Shown: positions 20,301 through 32,780 of the stretch, in pieces | Layout: each line of letters begins with the position of its first letter | How positions within the stretch are numbered: the first letter of the stretch is position 1 | DNA from: an uncultured Campylobacter sp. | GTDB taxonomy: Bacteria > Campylobacterota > Campylobacteria > Campylobacterales > Campylobacteraceae | Direction: 5' to 3' | DNA: 64,000 nucleotides | Assembly: GCF_937997535.1 (NCBI RefSeq) | Contig: NZ_CALKTT010000093.1 | Coordinates: forward strand, 46,604-110,603 | The notes under the pieces: model-generated | The model's input: only the letters and a program-made list of their open reading frames with translations | Databases searched by the model: none | What the model was told of the DNA's origin: nothing | Position numbers and translations under genes: made by a program

Positions 20301-21088
20301 GTGAAGTAATTACGATAGCAAATCAAAAAGGCGGCGTCGGGAAGACGACCACGGCGGTTAATCTCGCTGCGTCGCTAGCGATAAAGAAAAAGCGGGTTCT
20401 ACTGATCGACGTAGATCCTCAGGCGAACGCTACGACCGGGCTTGGCTTTAACCGCAGCGACTTTGAATTTAACATTTATCACGTCCTAACGGGGCGTAAG
20501 AGCATGTCCGAAGTGATCCAAAAGACCGAACTTGAGTTTATGGATCTGGTGCCGTCAAATATCGGACTTGTAGGCATCGAGCGCGAAGTAAGTGAAGAGA
20601 AAGACTTCAAACTAATGCTAAAAAATAAAATTTCCGAGGTTAAGGACAGATATGATTTCATCATCATAGATTCGCCGCCGACGCTCGGTAGCATTACGGT
20701 AAATGCCTTGGTCGCAAGCGATAGCGTCATCATCCCGATTCAGTGCGAATTCTACGCGCTTGAAGGCGTCGCGTTGATCCTAAATACCGTAAAAGTCGTC
20801 AAGCAAACGCTCAATAAAAATTTAAAAATTCGCGGATTTTTGCCGACAATGTACAGCTTGCAAAACAACCTCGCCAAAGAAACGGTCGCGAATTTACGCG
20901 AGTATTTCGACGATAAGCTCTTTCGTATCGGTAAGAGTGATGATCTAGTCATCATCCCGCGCAATATCAAGCTAGCCGAAAGCCCAAGCTTTGGCAAGCC
21001 GGTAGTTTTATACGATATAAAATCTGCTGGTTCCATCGCCTATCAAGACCTCGCTAAATCCATAATGGAGCAAAAATGGGCAAGGTAA
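20297..21088 (+). CDS. parA: chromosome partitioning ATPase ParA/Soj
   Basis: Deviant Walker A, IANQKGGVGKTTT. ATGA overlap with the birA stop. Confidence 0.93.
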   Translation: MSEVITIANQKGGVGKTTTAVNLAASLAIKKKRVLLIDVDPQANATTGLGFNRSDFEFNIYHVLTGRKSMSEVIQKTELEFMDLVPSNIGLVGIEREVSEEKDFKLMLKNKISEVKDRYDFIIIDSPPTLGSITVNALVASDSVIIPIQCEFYALEGVALILNTVKVVKQTLNKNLKIRGFLPTMYSLQNNLAKETVANLREYFDDKLFRIGKSDDLVIIPRNIKLAESPSFGKPVVLYDIKSAGSIAYQDLAKSIMEQKWAR

Positions 21089-21939
21089 AAAGAGCGCTCG
21101 GGCGCGGGCTCGGTGCTATTTTAGATGACGTAGAAAGCTCCTATAACAGGGAGCTAGAAAGCGGAAATGCAGATAGTTTAGTTATCGAAATCGATGTCGA
21201 TAAAATCGAGCCAAATCCATATCAACCGCGTCAAAGCTTCGATGAGGAGGCACTTAGGCAGCTGAGCGAAAGCATCGCCCGTCACGGGCTTATTCAGCCT
21301 ATCATCGTTATTCAAAAAGATGATTCTTACGTCCTTATCGCCGGCGAACGACGCCTAAGAGCGACGAAGCTTTTGGGCGAGAGTAAAATCAAAGCCGTAG
21401 TCGCGGACATAAAATCTCAAAATTTAAGAGAGCTTGCCCTCATCGAAAATATCCAGCGCGAGGATCTAAATCCTATCGAGCTTGCTAAGTCCTATAAGGA
21501 GCTCATCGGCGAATACATGATTACGCAAGAGGAGTTAGCCGACATCATCAAAAAGTCCCGCACGCAGATTACCAATACGCTAAGGCTTTTAAATTTATGC
21601 TCCGAAGTGCAAGACGCCATAAGCGCAGATAAAATTTCGCAAGGGCACGCCAAGATAATGGTTGGACTCGAAAAAGAGGATCAAATTTTAGCTCTAAATA
21701 CCATTTTAGGACAGCGCCTAAGCGTAAGAGATACCGAAAATTTAGTAAAAAAGCTCAAAGATAAAACCGTTCCGAAAGAGAAAAAGTTTGGCGTGGAATT
21801 TCAAAGCTTCAAGCCTGAGCTTTTAAAGCTAAAGGCCAAGCTTGATCAATTTGGTAAAATAAGTATCAAAGAGCGTAAAATTTCGATCGAATTTAGCGAA
21901 ATTTTACAAATTTCCGAGTTTTTAAAGAAAATCGGATGA
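21076..21939 (+). CDS. parB: chromosome partitioning protein ParB/Spo0J
   Basis: ParB box LIAGERRLRA, plus IENIQREDLNPIE and an HTH region. Confidence 0.93.
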   Translation: MGKVKRALGRGLGAILDDVESSYNRELESGNADSLVIEIDVDKIEPNPYQPRQSFDEEALRQLSESIARHGLIQPIIVIQKDDSYVLIAGERRLRATKLLGESKIKAVVADIKSQNLRELALIENIQREDLNPIELAKSYKELIGEYMITQEELADIIKKSRTQITNTLRLLNLCSEVQDAISADKISQGHAKIMVGLEKEDQILALNTILGQRLSVRDTENLVKKLKDKTVPKEKKFGVEFQSFKPELLKLKAKLDQFGKISIKERKISIEFSEILQISEFLKKIG

Positions 21940-22013
21940 TTTTTTATAGTGTATTTTAATTTTTCATATTGTAAAATACGCATTTTGTTTAAAACTAACC
22001 TAGAGGAGGTGCG

Positions 22014-22436
22014 ATGCTAGACGTAAGTTTGACCGCCATGATAACGACCATCGTCGTATTTTTAGCTTTGATTTACTTCTTAAATATCAAGCTTTATAGA
22101 CCGCTACTTTTGCATATGGAAAAGCGAGAAGCTATTATTAAAGAAGATGAGGCAAATGCGATGAAAAACGCACAGGATGCAGATGCCGATAAAGCAGAGA
22201 TCGTAAGGATCATGGATGCTGCGAAGTTGCAAGCTGTTAAAATAAAGCAAGAGGCGATGGATAGTGCGAAGCAGGCTGCCGCTAGAGAAATAGCCGAGAA
22301 AAAAGCCGCGATGGAGGAGGATTTTGATCAATTCTTAGGCGGTTTGGATGAGCAAAAGCGCAACCTAAAAAATGATTTGCAAGCCAAAATTCCGGAATTT
22401 AAAAATGCTCTAAGTAGCGCTGTGGCTAAAGTATGA
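22014..22436 (+). CDS. atpF': F0F1 ATP synthase subunit B'
   Basis: Single N-terminal TM helix followed by a long charged helix. First gene of the atp cluster. Confidence 0.85.
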   Translation: MLDVSLTAMITTIVVFLALIYFLNIKLYRPLLLHMEKREAIIKEDEANAMKNAQDADADKAEIVRIMDAAKLQAVKIKQEAMDSAKQAAAREIAEKKAAMEEDFDQFLGGLDEQKRNLKNDLQAKIPEFKNALSSAVAKV

Positions 22437-22446
22437 GGATTTCAGT

Positions 22447-22962
22447 ATGAAAAAATATCTATTTTTATTTATAATTCCCGCGCTTGTTTTAGCAAGCGGT
22501 GGGCACGATGGGGTCAAAGACTACGACGTGCTGTGGCGAAGCATAAATTTCATTTTGTTTTTCGGAATTTTGTTTTATCTTTTAAAAGGTCCCGCAAAAG
22601 CAGCATATCAAGGTAGAATCAACGGCATCGCATCTAGACTTGAGGCTAATCAAAAAATTTTAAAAGAGTCTGCAGCTCGCAAGGAACAAGCTAAAAAAGA
22701 TTTGCAAGATGCTAAGGTTCAAGGCGCAGCTTTAATTGAAACTGCTAAAAAAGAGATCGTGTTCGCCGCCGAAAAGATAAAAAATGCGACCGAGCAAGAG
22801 ATTGCGAATTTGCAAAAATCTTTCGATGAGCAGAAGAGCTTTGAGGCGCGCAAGATCAAAAAAGAGGTCGTAAGCGAGATACTGGATGACGTTTTTGCAT
22901 CGGATGACATTAAATTCGGTCAAGACAAACTGGTTAAAATCGTAGAGAAAAAGGTCGGATGA
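22447..22962 (+). CDS. atpF: F0F1 ATP synthase subunit B
   Basis: TM helix plus a charged coiled coil. Positioned between atpF' and atpH. Confidence 0.85.
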   Translation: MKKYLFLFIIPALVLASGGHDGVKDYDVLWRSINFILFFGILFYLLKGPAKAAYQGRINGIASRLEANQKILKESAARKEQAKKDLQDAKVQGAALIETAKKEIVFAAEKIKNATEQEIANLQKSFDEQKSFEARKIKKEVVSEILDDVFASDDIKFGQDKLVKIVEKKVG

Positions 22963-23492
22963 TGATAAATAACACCTCAAAAAGATATGTAAACGCCCTG
23001 ATGCTGAGCTATAAAAAAGATGAACTAGGCTCTGTTTTGCAGACGCTCGAGAGCGTCGCGAGCGCATTTAGAATTCCAAAATTCCAAGATATTGTGAAAT
23101 CTCCGACGCTAAAAGAGGAATCCAAAGTGGAACTTATTGCGTCGTTTATAAAAAATCCAAGCGAAAAAATCGTAAATTTTATTAAACTTTTAGCTAAGAA
23201 TAGGCGTATTGCGCTAATCCCGCAGATAGTTGAGGAACTGCGCAAGAATATTGCGGCGCTGGATAATAAATACTTAGGTAAAATTTATTCCGCTACCGAA
23301 ATAGACGCCGCGAAAATAAAAGAGCTAGAGACTAAAATTTCAAAGAAATTTAATGCAGATATTACTCTGCAACCTGTTAAAAGCGAGCTTGAGGGTATTA
23401 AGATCGAAGTCGAGGATCTTGGATTTGAGATTAGTTTTTCAGTTGATAGATTGAAACAAAAAATGAGCGAATATATTTTAAAAGCAATTTAA
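22959..23492 (+). CDS. atpH: F0F1 ATP synthase subunit delta
   Basis: 177-aa OSCP-like protein. Position and overlap with atpF support the call. Confidence 0.85.
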   Translation: MMINNTSKRYVNALMLSYKKDELGSVLQTLESVASAFRIPKFQDIVKSPTLKEESKVELIASFIKNPSEKIVNFIKLLAKNRRIALIPQIVEELRKNIAALDNKYLGKIYSATEIDAAKIKELETKISKKFNADITLQPVKSELEGIKIEVEDLGFEISFSVDRLKQKMSEYILKAI

Positions 23493-23503
23493 AGGAGTAA
23501 AGC

Positions 23504-25018
23504 GTGGGTGCGAAAATTAAGGCAGACGAAATCAGTAGCATAATCAAAGAGCGAATCGAAAATTTCGATCTTAGCGTTGATATCGAAGAAACCGGCAAAG
23601 TCGTTTCGGTCGCAGACGGTGTTGCTAATGTTTACGGCTTAAAAAACGTAATGGCTAACGAGATGGTCGAATTCGAAAACGGAGCTCGTGGTATCGCGTT
23701 AAATTTAGAGGAGAGCAGTGTCGGCATCGTTATTTTAGGCGATACTAGCGGTATTAACGAAAGTAGTAGCGTTAAAAGACTGGGTAAGCTTTTGCGCGTT
23801 CCGGTAGGTGATGCCCTAATAGGTCGCGTGGTAAACGCTCTAGGCGAACCGATTGACGGCAAAGGCGCGATAGAGACCAGCGATACTAGATTTGTCGAAG
23901 AAAAGGCTAAAGGCATCATGGCTCGTAAATCCGTTCACGAGCCACTTCAAACCGGCCTTAAGGCGATCGACGCGCTAGTGCCGATCGGTCGCGGACAGCG
24001 CGAGCTCATCATCGGCGACCGCCAAACAGGAAAAACCACCGTTGCTGTTGATACCATCATCAATCAAAAGGGTCAAGACGTCATCTGCATATATGTAGCA
24101 ATCGGTCAGAAACAATCCACCGTCGCACAAGTCGTTAAAAAGCTTGAAGAGTACGGCGCGATGGATTATACGATCGTAGTTGCGGCGGGTGCTAGCGAGG
24201 CGGCTGCGCTTCAGTATTTGGCTCCGTATTCGGGCTGCACCATGGGCGAGTATTTCAGAGATAACTCCCGCCACGCGCTTATCATCTATGACGATCTTAG
24301 CAAACACGCGGTTGCGTACCGCGAGATGTCGCTTATCTTGCGTCGTCCGCCGGGACGCGAGGCGTATCCTGGCGACGTATTTTACCTACACTCTCGTTTG
24401 CTTGAGCGCGCTAGCAAACTAAGCGATGCACTCGGTGCAGGCAGCCTAACGGCGCTTCCTATTATCGAGACGCAGGCAGGCGACGTTTCGGCGTATATCC
24501 CTACAAATGTCATCTCTATCACCGACGGTCAAATTTTCCTAGAATCTGGTCTATTTAACTCAGGAATTCGTCCTGCGATCAACGTAGGTCTTTCGGTTAG
24601 CCGCGTCGGCGGTTCCGCGCAGATTAAAGCGATCAAAAAGGTCTCGGGAACCTTGCGCCTAGATCTAGCTCAATACCGTGAGCTTCAGGCGTTTGCGCAG
24701 TTTGCGAGCGATTTGGACGAGAGCAGCCGTAAGCAGCTGGATCGCGGACAAAGAATGGTCGAAATTTTAAAACAGCCTCCTTATTCGCCGCTTCCGGTCG
24801 AAAATCAAGTGGTCATAATCTTTGCAGGAAGCCGCGGATTTTTAGACGACGTGCCTACGAGCTCAATTGGTAAATTCGAAGCTGAGCTCTATCCGTATAT
24901 CGAGGCAAAATATCCTGAAATTTTTGAAGAAATTAGAAGTAAAAAGACCATCGAGAAGGATTTGGAAGAAAATTTAATCAAGGCTCTAAATGACTTTAAA
25001 GCGACCTTTGCCGCTTAA
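23504..25018 (+). CDS. atpA: F0F1 ATP synthase subunit alpha
   Basis: GDRQTGKT Walker A and a strongly conserved alpha-subunit sequence. GTG start after AAGGAG. Confidence 0.97.
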   Translation: MGAKIKADEISSIIKERIENFDLSVDIEETGKVVSVADGVANVYGLKNVMANEMVEFENGARGIALNLEESSVGIVILGDTSGINESSSVKRLGKLLRVPVGDALIGRVVNALGEPIDGKGAIETSDTRFVEEKAKGIMARKSVHEPLQTGLKAIDALVPIGRGQRELIIGDRQTGKTTVAVDTIINQKGQDVICIYVAIGQKQSTVAQVVKKLEEYGAMDYTIVVAAGASEAAALQYLAPYSGCTMGEYFRDNSRHALIIYDDLSKHAVAYREMSLILRRPPGREAYPGDVFYLHSRLLERASKLSDALGAGSLTALPIIETQAGDVSAYIPTNVISITDGQIFLESGLFNSGIRPAINVGLSVSRVGGSAQIKAIKKVSGTLRLDLAQYRELQAFAQFASDLDESSRKQLDRGQRMVEILKQPPYSPLPVENQVVIIFAGSRGFLDDVPTSSIGKFEAELYPYIEAKYPEIFEEIRSKKTIEKDLEENLIKALNDFKATFAA

Positions 25019-25030
25019 AAGGGCTAAATT

Positions 25031-27348
<2,318 letters not shown>

Positions 27349-27358
27349 GAATTTTAAG

Positions 27359-27763
27359 ATGAAAGAATTTTTGCTTTTAGATATCGTTACGCCCGAAGGG
27401 ATGGTCTTTTCGGGTGAGGTCAAATCCGTCCAGCTCCCCGGCATTACTGGCGAAATGGGTATTTTGCCAGGGCATGCGAGCTTGCTAACGGGACTTAAAG
27501 ACAAAAGCGAAGGCGGAGTCGTTGAGATCGTAGATAAAGACGGCAAAAAGCAGCTTGTTTTGGTAAACGACGGATTTTTGGAAGTTACCGAAGAAAAAAC
27601 TACTATCCTAGCCACTCAAGCCGTAGCTATCGGAGGCGATAGCGAAAGCGCCGTAGCGAAGTCTTTGCAGCGCGCCAAAGATATGCTTGCGTCCATTAGC
27701 TCCGATGCGGCAAATTCTGCAGCGATTATGGCTAGAGTCGACGAATTCGCAAGGCAAAGTTAA
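27359..27763 (+). CDS. atpC: F0F1 ATP synthase subunit epsilon
   Basis: 134-aa ORF with an epsilon-like N-terminal beta domain (LDIVTPEG..). Last gene of the cluster. Confidence 0.9.
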   Translation: MKEFLLLDIVTPEGMVFSGEVKSVQLPGITGEMGILPGHASLLTGLKDKSEGGVVEIVDKDGKKQLVLVNDGFLEVTEEKTTILATQAVAIGGDSESAVAKSLQRAKDMLASISSDAANSAAIMARVDEFARQS

Positions 27764-27765
27764 AT

Positions 27766-28341
27766 ATGCTAGATCTAATTTTAAGTTATTTTACGAGAAG
27801 CACGTTTATTACGATATTCGTGCTTTCTTGGTTATCCGTCTATTTTATCGTCACTTTTACGATTTTGATCTCCAGATTTGTAGGGCTTAGTGCGTGGCAA
27901 CACCGCGAAGCAAAGGCACTCGAATCCTTGCTGATGGGTGGTAGGATTTCGCTTTCGGGCTCTATTTTTCAAAAAGTAAATACCGATAAAATTTCAAAAG
28001 AAGCCCTGGAAATTTATAAAGGCAAAGCCGAACGCGACTCCACTAGCGGACTTACTTGGCTATCTATCGTCGCCTCCACTTCGCCGTTTATCGGGCTATT
28101 TGGTACGGTCGTTAGTATACTTCACACATTTTCCAAGCTCGGTGGCGGAAATTCCGGCATCGATACTATCGCTCCTGCGATCAGTGAGGCGCTAGTTGCC
28201 ACAGGATGTGGAATTTTTGTAGCGATCCCCGCATACACCTTTAGCTTACTTATAAAACGCAAAGCATACGAAGTTATGAGCATTATAAATCGTACAGCGG
28301 ATATTTTGCTATTTAAAGCAAACACTGGAAAAGCTATTTAA
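27766..28341 (+). CDS. tolQ: MotA/TolQ/ExbB proton-channel protein
   Basis: Three TM segments and the conserved ..IASTSPFIGLFGTV..AISEALVATGCGIFVAIPA.. block. Confidence 0.85.
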   Translation: MLDLILSYFTRSTFITIFVLSWLSVYFIVTFTILISRFVGLSAWQHREAKALESLLMGGRISLSGSIFQKVNTDKISKEALEIYKGKAERDSTSGLTWLSIVASTSPFIGLFGTVVSILHTFSKLGGGNSGIDTIAPAISEALVATGCGIFVAIPAYTFSLLIKRKAYEVMSIINRTADILLFKANTGKAI

Positions 28342-28739
28342 TGTATAATTTCGACGAAAATCCAGAGTTAAATATCACTCCGCTCGTCGATATTATGCTT
28401 GTTTTGCTAGCGATTTTAATGGTCGCGCAAACGGCGATTATCTACGATGAAAAGATCGAACTGCCTAGCGGCTCAAAAGCACAGGTTTCGGAAAATACCG
28501 CGGAATTCTTGCTTGTGCGTATCGGCGAAGATCGCAAGGTTTATATCGACAAAAGCTCGATGAGCCTAGCTGAATTCCCGGATAATCTCGTACTGCTTAA
28601 AGGCACCGGCAAGTATAGCTTGGAAAAACCCGTCTATATCCAAGCCGATAAAAGACTCGTTTACGACGATGTAATGTTTGTCTTAAAGAGCTTAAAGCAA
28701 GCGGGTTTTACTAAAGTCGCGCTTCAAACAAATGGCTAA
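28341..28739 (+). CDS. tolR: ExbD/TolR biopolymer transport protein
   Basis: ELNITPLVDIMLVLLAI TM signature containing the essential Asp. Confidence 0.85.
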   Translation: MYNFDENPELNITPLVDIMLVLLAILMVAQTAIIYDEKIELPSGSKAQVSENTAEFLLVRIGEDRKVYIDKSSMSLAEFPDNLVLLKGTGKYSLEKPVYIQADKRLVYDDVMFVLKSLKQAGFTKVALQTNG

Positions 28740-29706
28740 TTATTCAAATTTTACGGGGGTTAAATACGATAATTTTAAATCGTTTTTAATTGCCCTTTTT
28801 GCCTATCTGCTGGTGATTTTTGTTCTTTTATATCAAATTTCAAAGCCGCAGGAAAAATTTAAAAAATATACCGACAATCCCAACGATTATATGGATGTTA
28901 CTTTTGATTTCGAAATAGATGATAAACTTCCGTCCGCGCCTGAAATCGCTAAAGAAACAAAGCAAGGCGAGTTTGAAAATAAGAATGTGAAGGATGTGCC
29001 GGAGGATAAAATTAAGACTACGGCGCAAGTAGTTCCGCCACCTCCGGTGCAGGCGAAGCCGAAAGAGCCCGAAAAGCCGAAGGAAGAGCCGAAGCCGGAA
29101 CCTAAAAAGGACGAGCCTAAGGCCGAGCCCAAAAAAGAGGAGCCAGAGCCTAAGTTGGAAGATAAACCTTCCGAAAAAGTAGTAGAGAAAAAAGAGGAAG
29201 CTAAGCCGGAGCCAAAAAAAGAGGAAAAACCGAGCTTGAGCGATCTTTTTTCGGATACGACTAAGGACAATAAGAAGCTTGAGGAGAGCGCCAAAGCTAG
29301 CGATGCGGTTCAGAGCAATAAAAAGTCCGATAAAGAAACCGCCACCTCTAGTGCTAAGGATAAAGCGGCATCTAAAAATGCTGTCGTCAAATCCGATAAG
29401 CTTGGCGGCAGGACTCAAAGGACGGGAGAATTTAACGCCTACCTCGGCGCTATAGAAAAGAGGCTTCAGGTTCTATGGAGCCGCTACGTAGTGACTGCGA
29501 AAGACGATGCGAAGATTAGTATAACTTTCGGTGCAGATGGACGGGTCGTGGATTATAAAATCATCGAGCTCGGGCGAGAGACGGAATTTAATCAAAAGCT
29601 GCGGGATTTCTTGGATAATCTATCGACTCAGACTTTCCCGAAGTCTCCGGACGGAGCGTCGCATGAGATCGAGACTAGGATGTCCGACGTGATGAAGACA
29701 AATTAG
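28732..29706 (+). CDS. tolA: TolA/TonB-like energy-transducing protein
   Basis: N-terminal TM anchor, a Pro/Glu/Lys-rich spacer (PKEPEKPKEEPKPEPKK..), and a C-terminal TolA/TonB-type domain. Confidence 0.75.
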   Translation: MANYSNFTGVKYDNFKSFLIALFAYLLVIFVLLYQISKPQEKFKKYTDNPNDYMDVTFDFEIDDKLPSAPEIAKETKQGEFENKNVKDVPEDKIKTTAQVVPPPPVQAKPKEPEKPKEEPKPEPKKDEPKAEPKKEEPEPKLEDKPSEKVVEKKEEAKPEPKKEEKPSLSDLFSDTTKDNKKLEESAKASDAVQSNKKSDKETATSSAKDKAASKNAVVKSDKLGGRTQRTGEFNAYLGAIEKRLQVLWSRYVVTAKDDAKISITFGADGRVVDYKIIELGRETEFNQKLRDFLDNLSTQTFPKSPDGASHEIETRMSDVMKTN

Positions 29707-29724
29707 AATTTGTAAGGAAAAAAA

Positions 29725-30117
29725 GTGAAGAGACTTTTTTGTATTTTTGCCTTTTGCTGTATGCTTTTTGCAGAAGATGTGGATTCTGCTAAAAATTCTA
29801 CCTCTTCAAATTTAAACACTGAAATTCAAAATTCTAAAGAATTTAGGGCTTATTATGGAGATATTGTAAAGAAGCTAGAATATCTGTGGCTAAAACAAGA
29901 TGCTACCACTAACGATGACGCAGCGGTCGAGGTTACTTTCGGCGCGGACGGACGAGTGGTGGGTTATAAAATTATCGAGTTAGGTCGCGATATAAAATTT
30001 AACCAAAAGCTTGACAGATTTTTAAAGGGGCTTTCGGAGCAAAATTTTTCAAAATCCCCGGATAATAAACTTCATAAACTTAATATAAGATTAACCGAGA
30101 TTGCGAAATCAAATTAA
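29725..30117 (+). CDS. secreted stand-alone paralog of the TolA C-terminal domain
   Basis: Signal peptide plus about 90 aa that align with the C-terminus of the preceding ORF. The TFGADGRVV.YKIIELGR block is nearly identical. GTG start. Confidence 0.7.
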   Translation: MKRLFCIFAFCCMLFAEDVDSAKNSTSSNLNTEIQNSKEFRAYYGDIVKKLEYLWLKQDATTNDDAAVEVTFGADGRVVGYKIIELGRDIKFNQKLDRFLKGLSEQNFSKSPDNKLHKLNIRLTEIAKSN

Positions 30118-30132
30118 ATTTAAGGAGAAAAG

Positions 30133-31380
30133 ATGAAGAAACTACTTTTGATTCTTGCATTTTGTAGTAGCATTTTCGCGGCAGATGCGACTATGTCTAT
30201 CGTAAACGAAGGGGTAAATCTACCTAAAATCGTTGTTCAGGATGCATCGAACCTTGCAAATTCAGAATTTGGCAACAAATTCTTTAAACTTATGGTGGGT
30301 GATCTAAAGGTCGGTGCGACTTTTGAAGTCAGCGACGAGTATCTACAAAGCAGCTATGATGCGGGCGCTTCCGATAATCTAGGCTCTAGCGGTGCCGCTC
30401 TGATCGTGCGCTACGCGGTAAGTGATAAAAGCTCGCCGATGAGCCTAAAAGCCAAAGTACTTGAAGCGAACAGCGGCAGGGTGATGTACGAGAAGAGCTT
30501 TACGCTTTCAAATGCCGAAAAGTATCCGTTTTTGGCACACATGGCGGTATCTGAGATCGTCAAGCAGCTAGGGTACTCAAACGTCGATTGGATGAAGGAG
30601 ATGATTTTGCTCTCTCGCTACACTTCGACGCGTGAGAGCGAGATCATGGTGGCTGACTATACGCTTACTTACCAGCAGGTTGTGCTTCGCGGCGGATTAA
30701 ATATCTTCCCTAAATGGGCAAGCGCAGCGCAGAACGAATTTTATTATACCTACTATGTCAATAAAAATACGCCCGCTATCTATAAATTTAATCTATCCAA
30801 CGGCAGCAAGAGTAAAATTTTTACCGGTCACGGCATGACAATAGCTTCGGATGTAAGTGCCGACGGCAGAAAGCTTCTAATTACCAATGCGCCTAAAGAT
30901 CAACCCGATATTTATTTGTATGATATAGCCTCGGGCAGCGCTAAGCAAATTACCGATTACGCTGGCATTGATGTAAATGGAAATTTTATCGACGGCGATT
31001 CGCGCGTGGCTTTTGTGAGCGATCGTCTGGGTTATCCAAACGTATTTGCCACTAGCATAAACGGCGGCAACGTTCAGCAGCTCGTCTATCACGGCAAAAA
31101 TAACAACTCCATTAGCACAAATGGCAATTACGTTACTTACTCTAGTCGCGACGGCGGGGGCGGATTTAATATATATTTAATCTCTACTCAAACCGATATG
31201 ATTCGCCAGTTAACGGCTAGTGGCAAAAATATGTTTCCTAGATTTTCTAGCGATGGCGGCAGCATTATGTTTATCAAGCAAGACGGCGGCGGAAGCTCGG
31301 TAGGTATTATCAGAGTTAACGAGAATAAAAGTTTTCAATTTCCGTTAAGAGTGGGTAAAATTCAGTCTGTTGATTGGTAA
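30133..31380 (+). CDS. tolB: Tol-Pal system beta-propeller protein TolB
   Basis: Signal peptide, TolB N domain, and repeated propeller blades (..PRFSSDGGSIMF..). Confidence 0.9.
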   Translation: MKKLLLILAFCSSIFAADATMSIVNEGVNLPKIVVQDASNLANSEFGNKFFKLMVGDLKVGATFEVSDEYLQSSYDAGASDNLGSSGAALIVRYAVSDKSSPMSLKAKVLEANSGRVMYEKSFTLSNAEKYPFLAHMAVSEIVKQLGYSNVDWMKEMILLSRYTSTRESEIMVADYTLTYQQVVLRGGLNIFPKWASAAQNEFYYTYYVNKNTPAIYKFNLSNGSKSKIFTGHGMTIASDVSADGRKLLITNAPKDQPDIYLYDIASGSAKQITDYAGIDVNGNFIDGDSRVAFVSDRLGYPNVFATSINGGNVQQLVYHGKNNNSISTNGNYVTYSSRDGGGGFNIYLISTQTDMIRQLTASGKNMFPRFSSDGGSIMFIKQDGGGSSVGIIRVNENKSFQFPLRVGKIQSVDW

Positions 31381-31435
31381 AATATTAAAAAATCTCGTGA
31401 TATAATAACTTCAATTTTTTTTGAAAGGATAGAAA

Positions 31436-31909
31436 ATGAAACATTTAGTTTTATCTTCGATAGCAGTTGCTGCTCTATTATTGAGCGGTTGTTCTAAAAA
31501 GACCCCAGAGGCCGATACTACAAGCACAAGTGATGCAGATAGACTAGCTGCTTTGGCATCTCAGATCCAAAGTGAAGTTGGCACTGTTTATTTCGACTTT
31601 GATAAATTTAATATTAGAGCCGATCAGCAAGGCACAATCAATAATAACGCAGCTCTATTCAATCAAGCAGGCGCAGAGTCTCTAACTGTTAAAGTTGAGG
31701 GTAACTGCGATGAGTGGGGTTCTGATGAGTACAACTATGCTCTTGGTCTAAAGAGAGCTACTGCAGCTAAAGACGCATTGGTTGCTCAGGGCGTAAATGA
31801 GAGCAGAATTTCCGTAGTAAGCTACGGCGAGAGCAATATGGCTTGCACAGAGCATTCTAAAGAGTGCGACGCTCAAAACAGACGCGACGAATTCAAAGTT
31901 GGATTCTAA
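31436..31909 (+). CDS. pal: peptidoglycan-associated lipoprotein (Omp18)
   Basis: Lipobox LLSGC. OmpA_C domain (VYFDFDKFNIR, EGNCDEWGSDEYNYALGLKRA, NRRDEF). Confidence 0.93.
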   Translation: MKHLVLSSIAVAALLLSGCSKKTPEADTTSTSDADRLAALASQIQSEVGTVYFDFDKFNIRADQQGTINNNAALFNQAGAESLTVKVEGNCDEWGSDEYNYALGLKRATAAKDALVAQGVNESRISVVSYGESNMACTEHSKECDAQNRRDEFKVGF

Positions 31910-32729
31910 TTTGAAATTTAAAAATTTCACGGTGGCGGCTCTTTGTGGAGTCGCCACTTTTTTAAATGCAGAAACTTCTGCATTTGATGCTGGCAATATT
32001 GATTCAGGTAGCTCTTATGGACTAACCGAAAACGAACAAGTATTGCGCGATAACCGCAAGCGTATAAGCGAGATGCAAACTAGTGTAGATAATACACGCG
32101 AGAGTGTCGAAGGTTTGCGAAGCGTCCTTGAAGGAACAAATTCTAAAATTTCGAACCTGGAAAACAGGGTAGCGGATCTAGAAATTCGTACTACGGGCAA
32201 AAGCCAAGGTAACAGAGAGCTAGATCAGATGAAACGAGACATCGCTACTATAAAAGCCCAAATTGCTGAAATCAATAAAAAATTAGGCAGCGGCGGTAGC
32301 GTAAAAAAAAACGCTGAATTAGACGCAGGCACTGCTCCGGCTCCCGCTAGCACAAAAACAGATTCCGATTTTAAATCAAAAGATCAGGCTTCGGTGTTGA
32401 AAGAGGCCGATGCTTTATATGCTAAAAAAGACTATTCCGGCGCAAAAGAGCGCTATAATTATTTAGTATCTAAGAACTATAAGCCCGCTAAGGCAAATTA
32501 CATGCTGGGCGAAATTTCATATTTTTCCGGCTCATACGCAGAAGCGATAAACTATTATAAAAAGAGCATCTCGCACAACGAGAGCCAAGACTACACCCCA
32601 AAGCTCCTCTATCACACCGCGATCAGCTTCGATAAGATCGGTGATAAAGACAGCGCAAATAAATTCTACAAAGCGTTAAAGGTTTCATACCCGGACTCCA
32701 AAGAAGCTAAAGCCGCACCCACTAGATAA
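31899..32729 (+). CDS. cpoB: Tol-Pal system protein CpoB/YbgF (coiled coil plus TPR)
   Basis: Signal peptide, coiled-coil segment, and C-terminal TPR-like repeats (YAKKDYSGAKERY.., SYAEAINYYKK..). The start may instead be TTG at 31911. Confidence 0.8.
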   Translation: MDSNLKFKNFTVAALCGVATFLNAETSAFDAGNIDSGSSYGLTENEQVLRDNRKRISEMQTSVDNTRESVEGLRSVLEGTNSKISNLENRVADLEIRTTGKSQGNRELDQMKRDIATIKAQIAEINKKLGSGGSVKKNAELDAGTAPAPASTKTDSDFKSKDQASVLKEADALYAKKDYSGAKERYNYLVSKNYKPAKANYMLGEISYFSGSYAEAINYYKKSISHNESQDYTPKLLYHTAISFDKIGDKDSANKFYKALKVSYPDSKEAKAAPTR

Positions 32730-32780
32730 CCTAAATTTAAATACAAAATCAAAAATAAAATTTTAAACAGGAGAAAAACT

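Noticed and set aside
28840-29418. Two long antisense ORFs (192 and 135 aa) opposite tolA
   Set aside because: They mirror the Pro/Glu/Lys-rich low-complexity region (GAAGAG/AAAGAG repeats). The sense-strand TolA-like gene explains the region.
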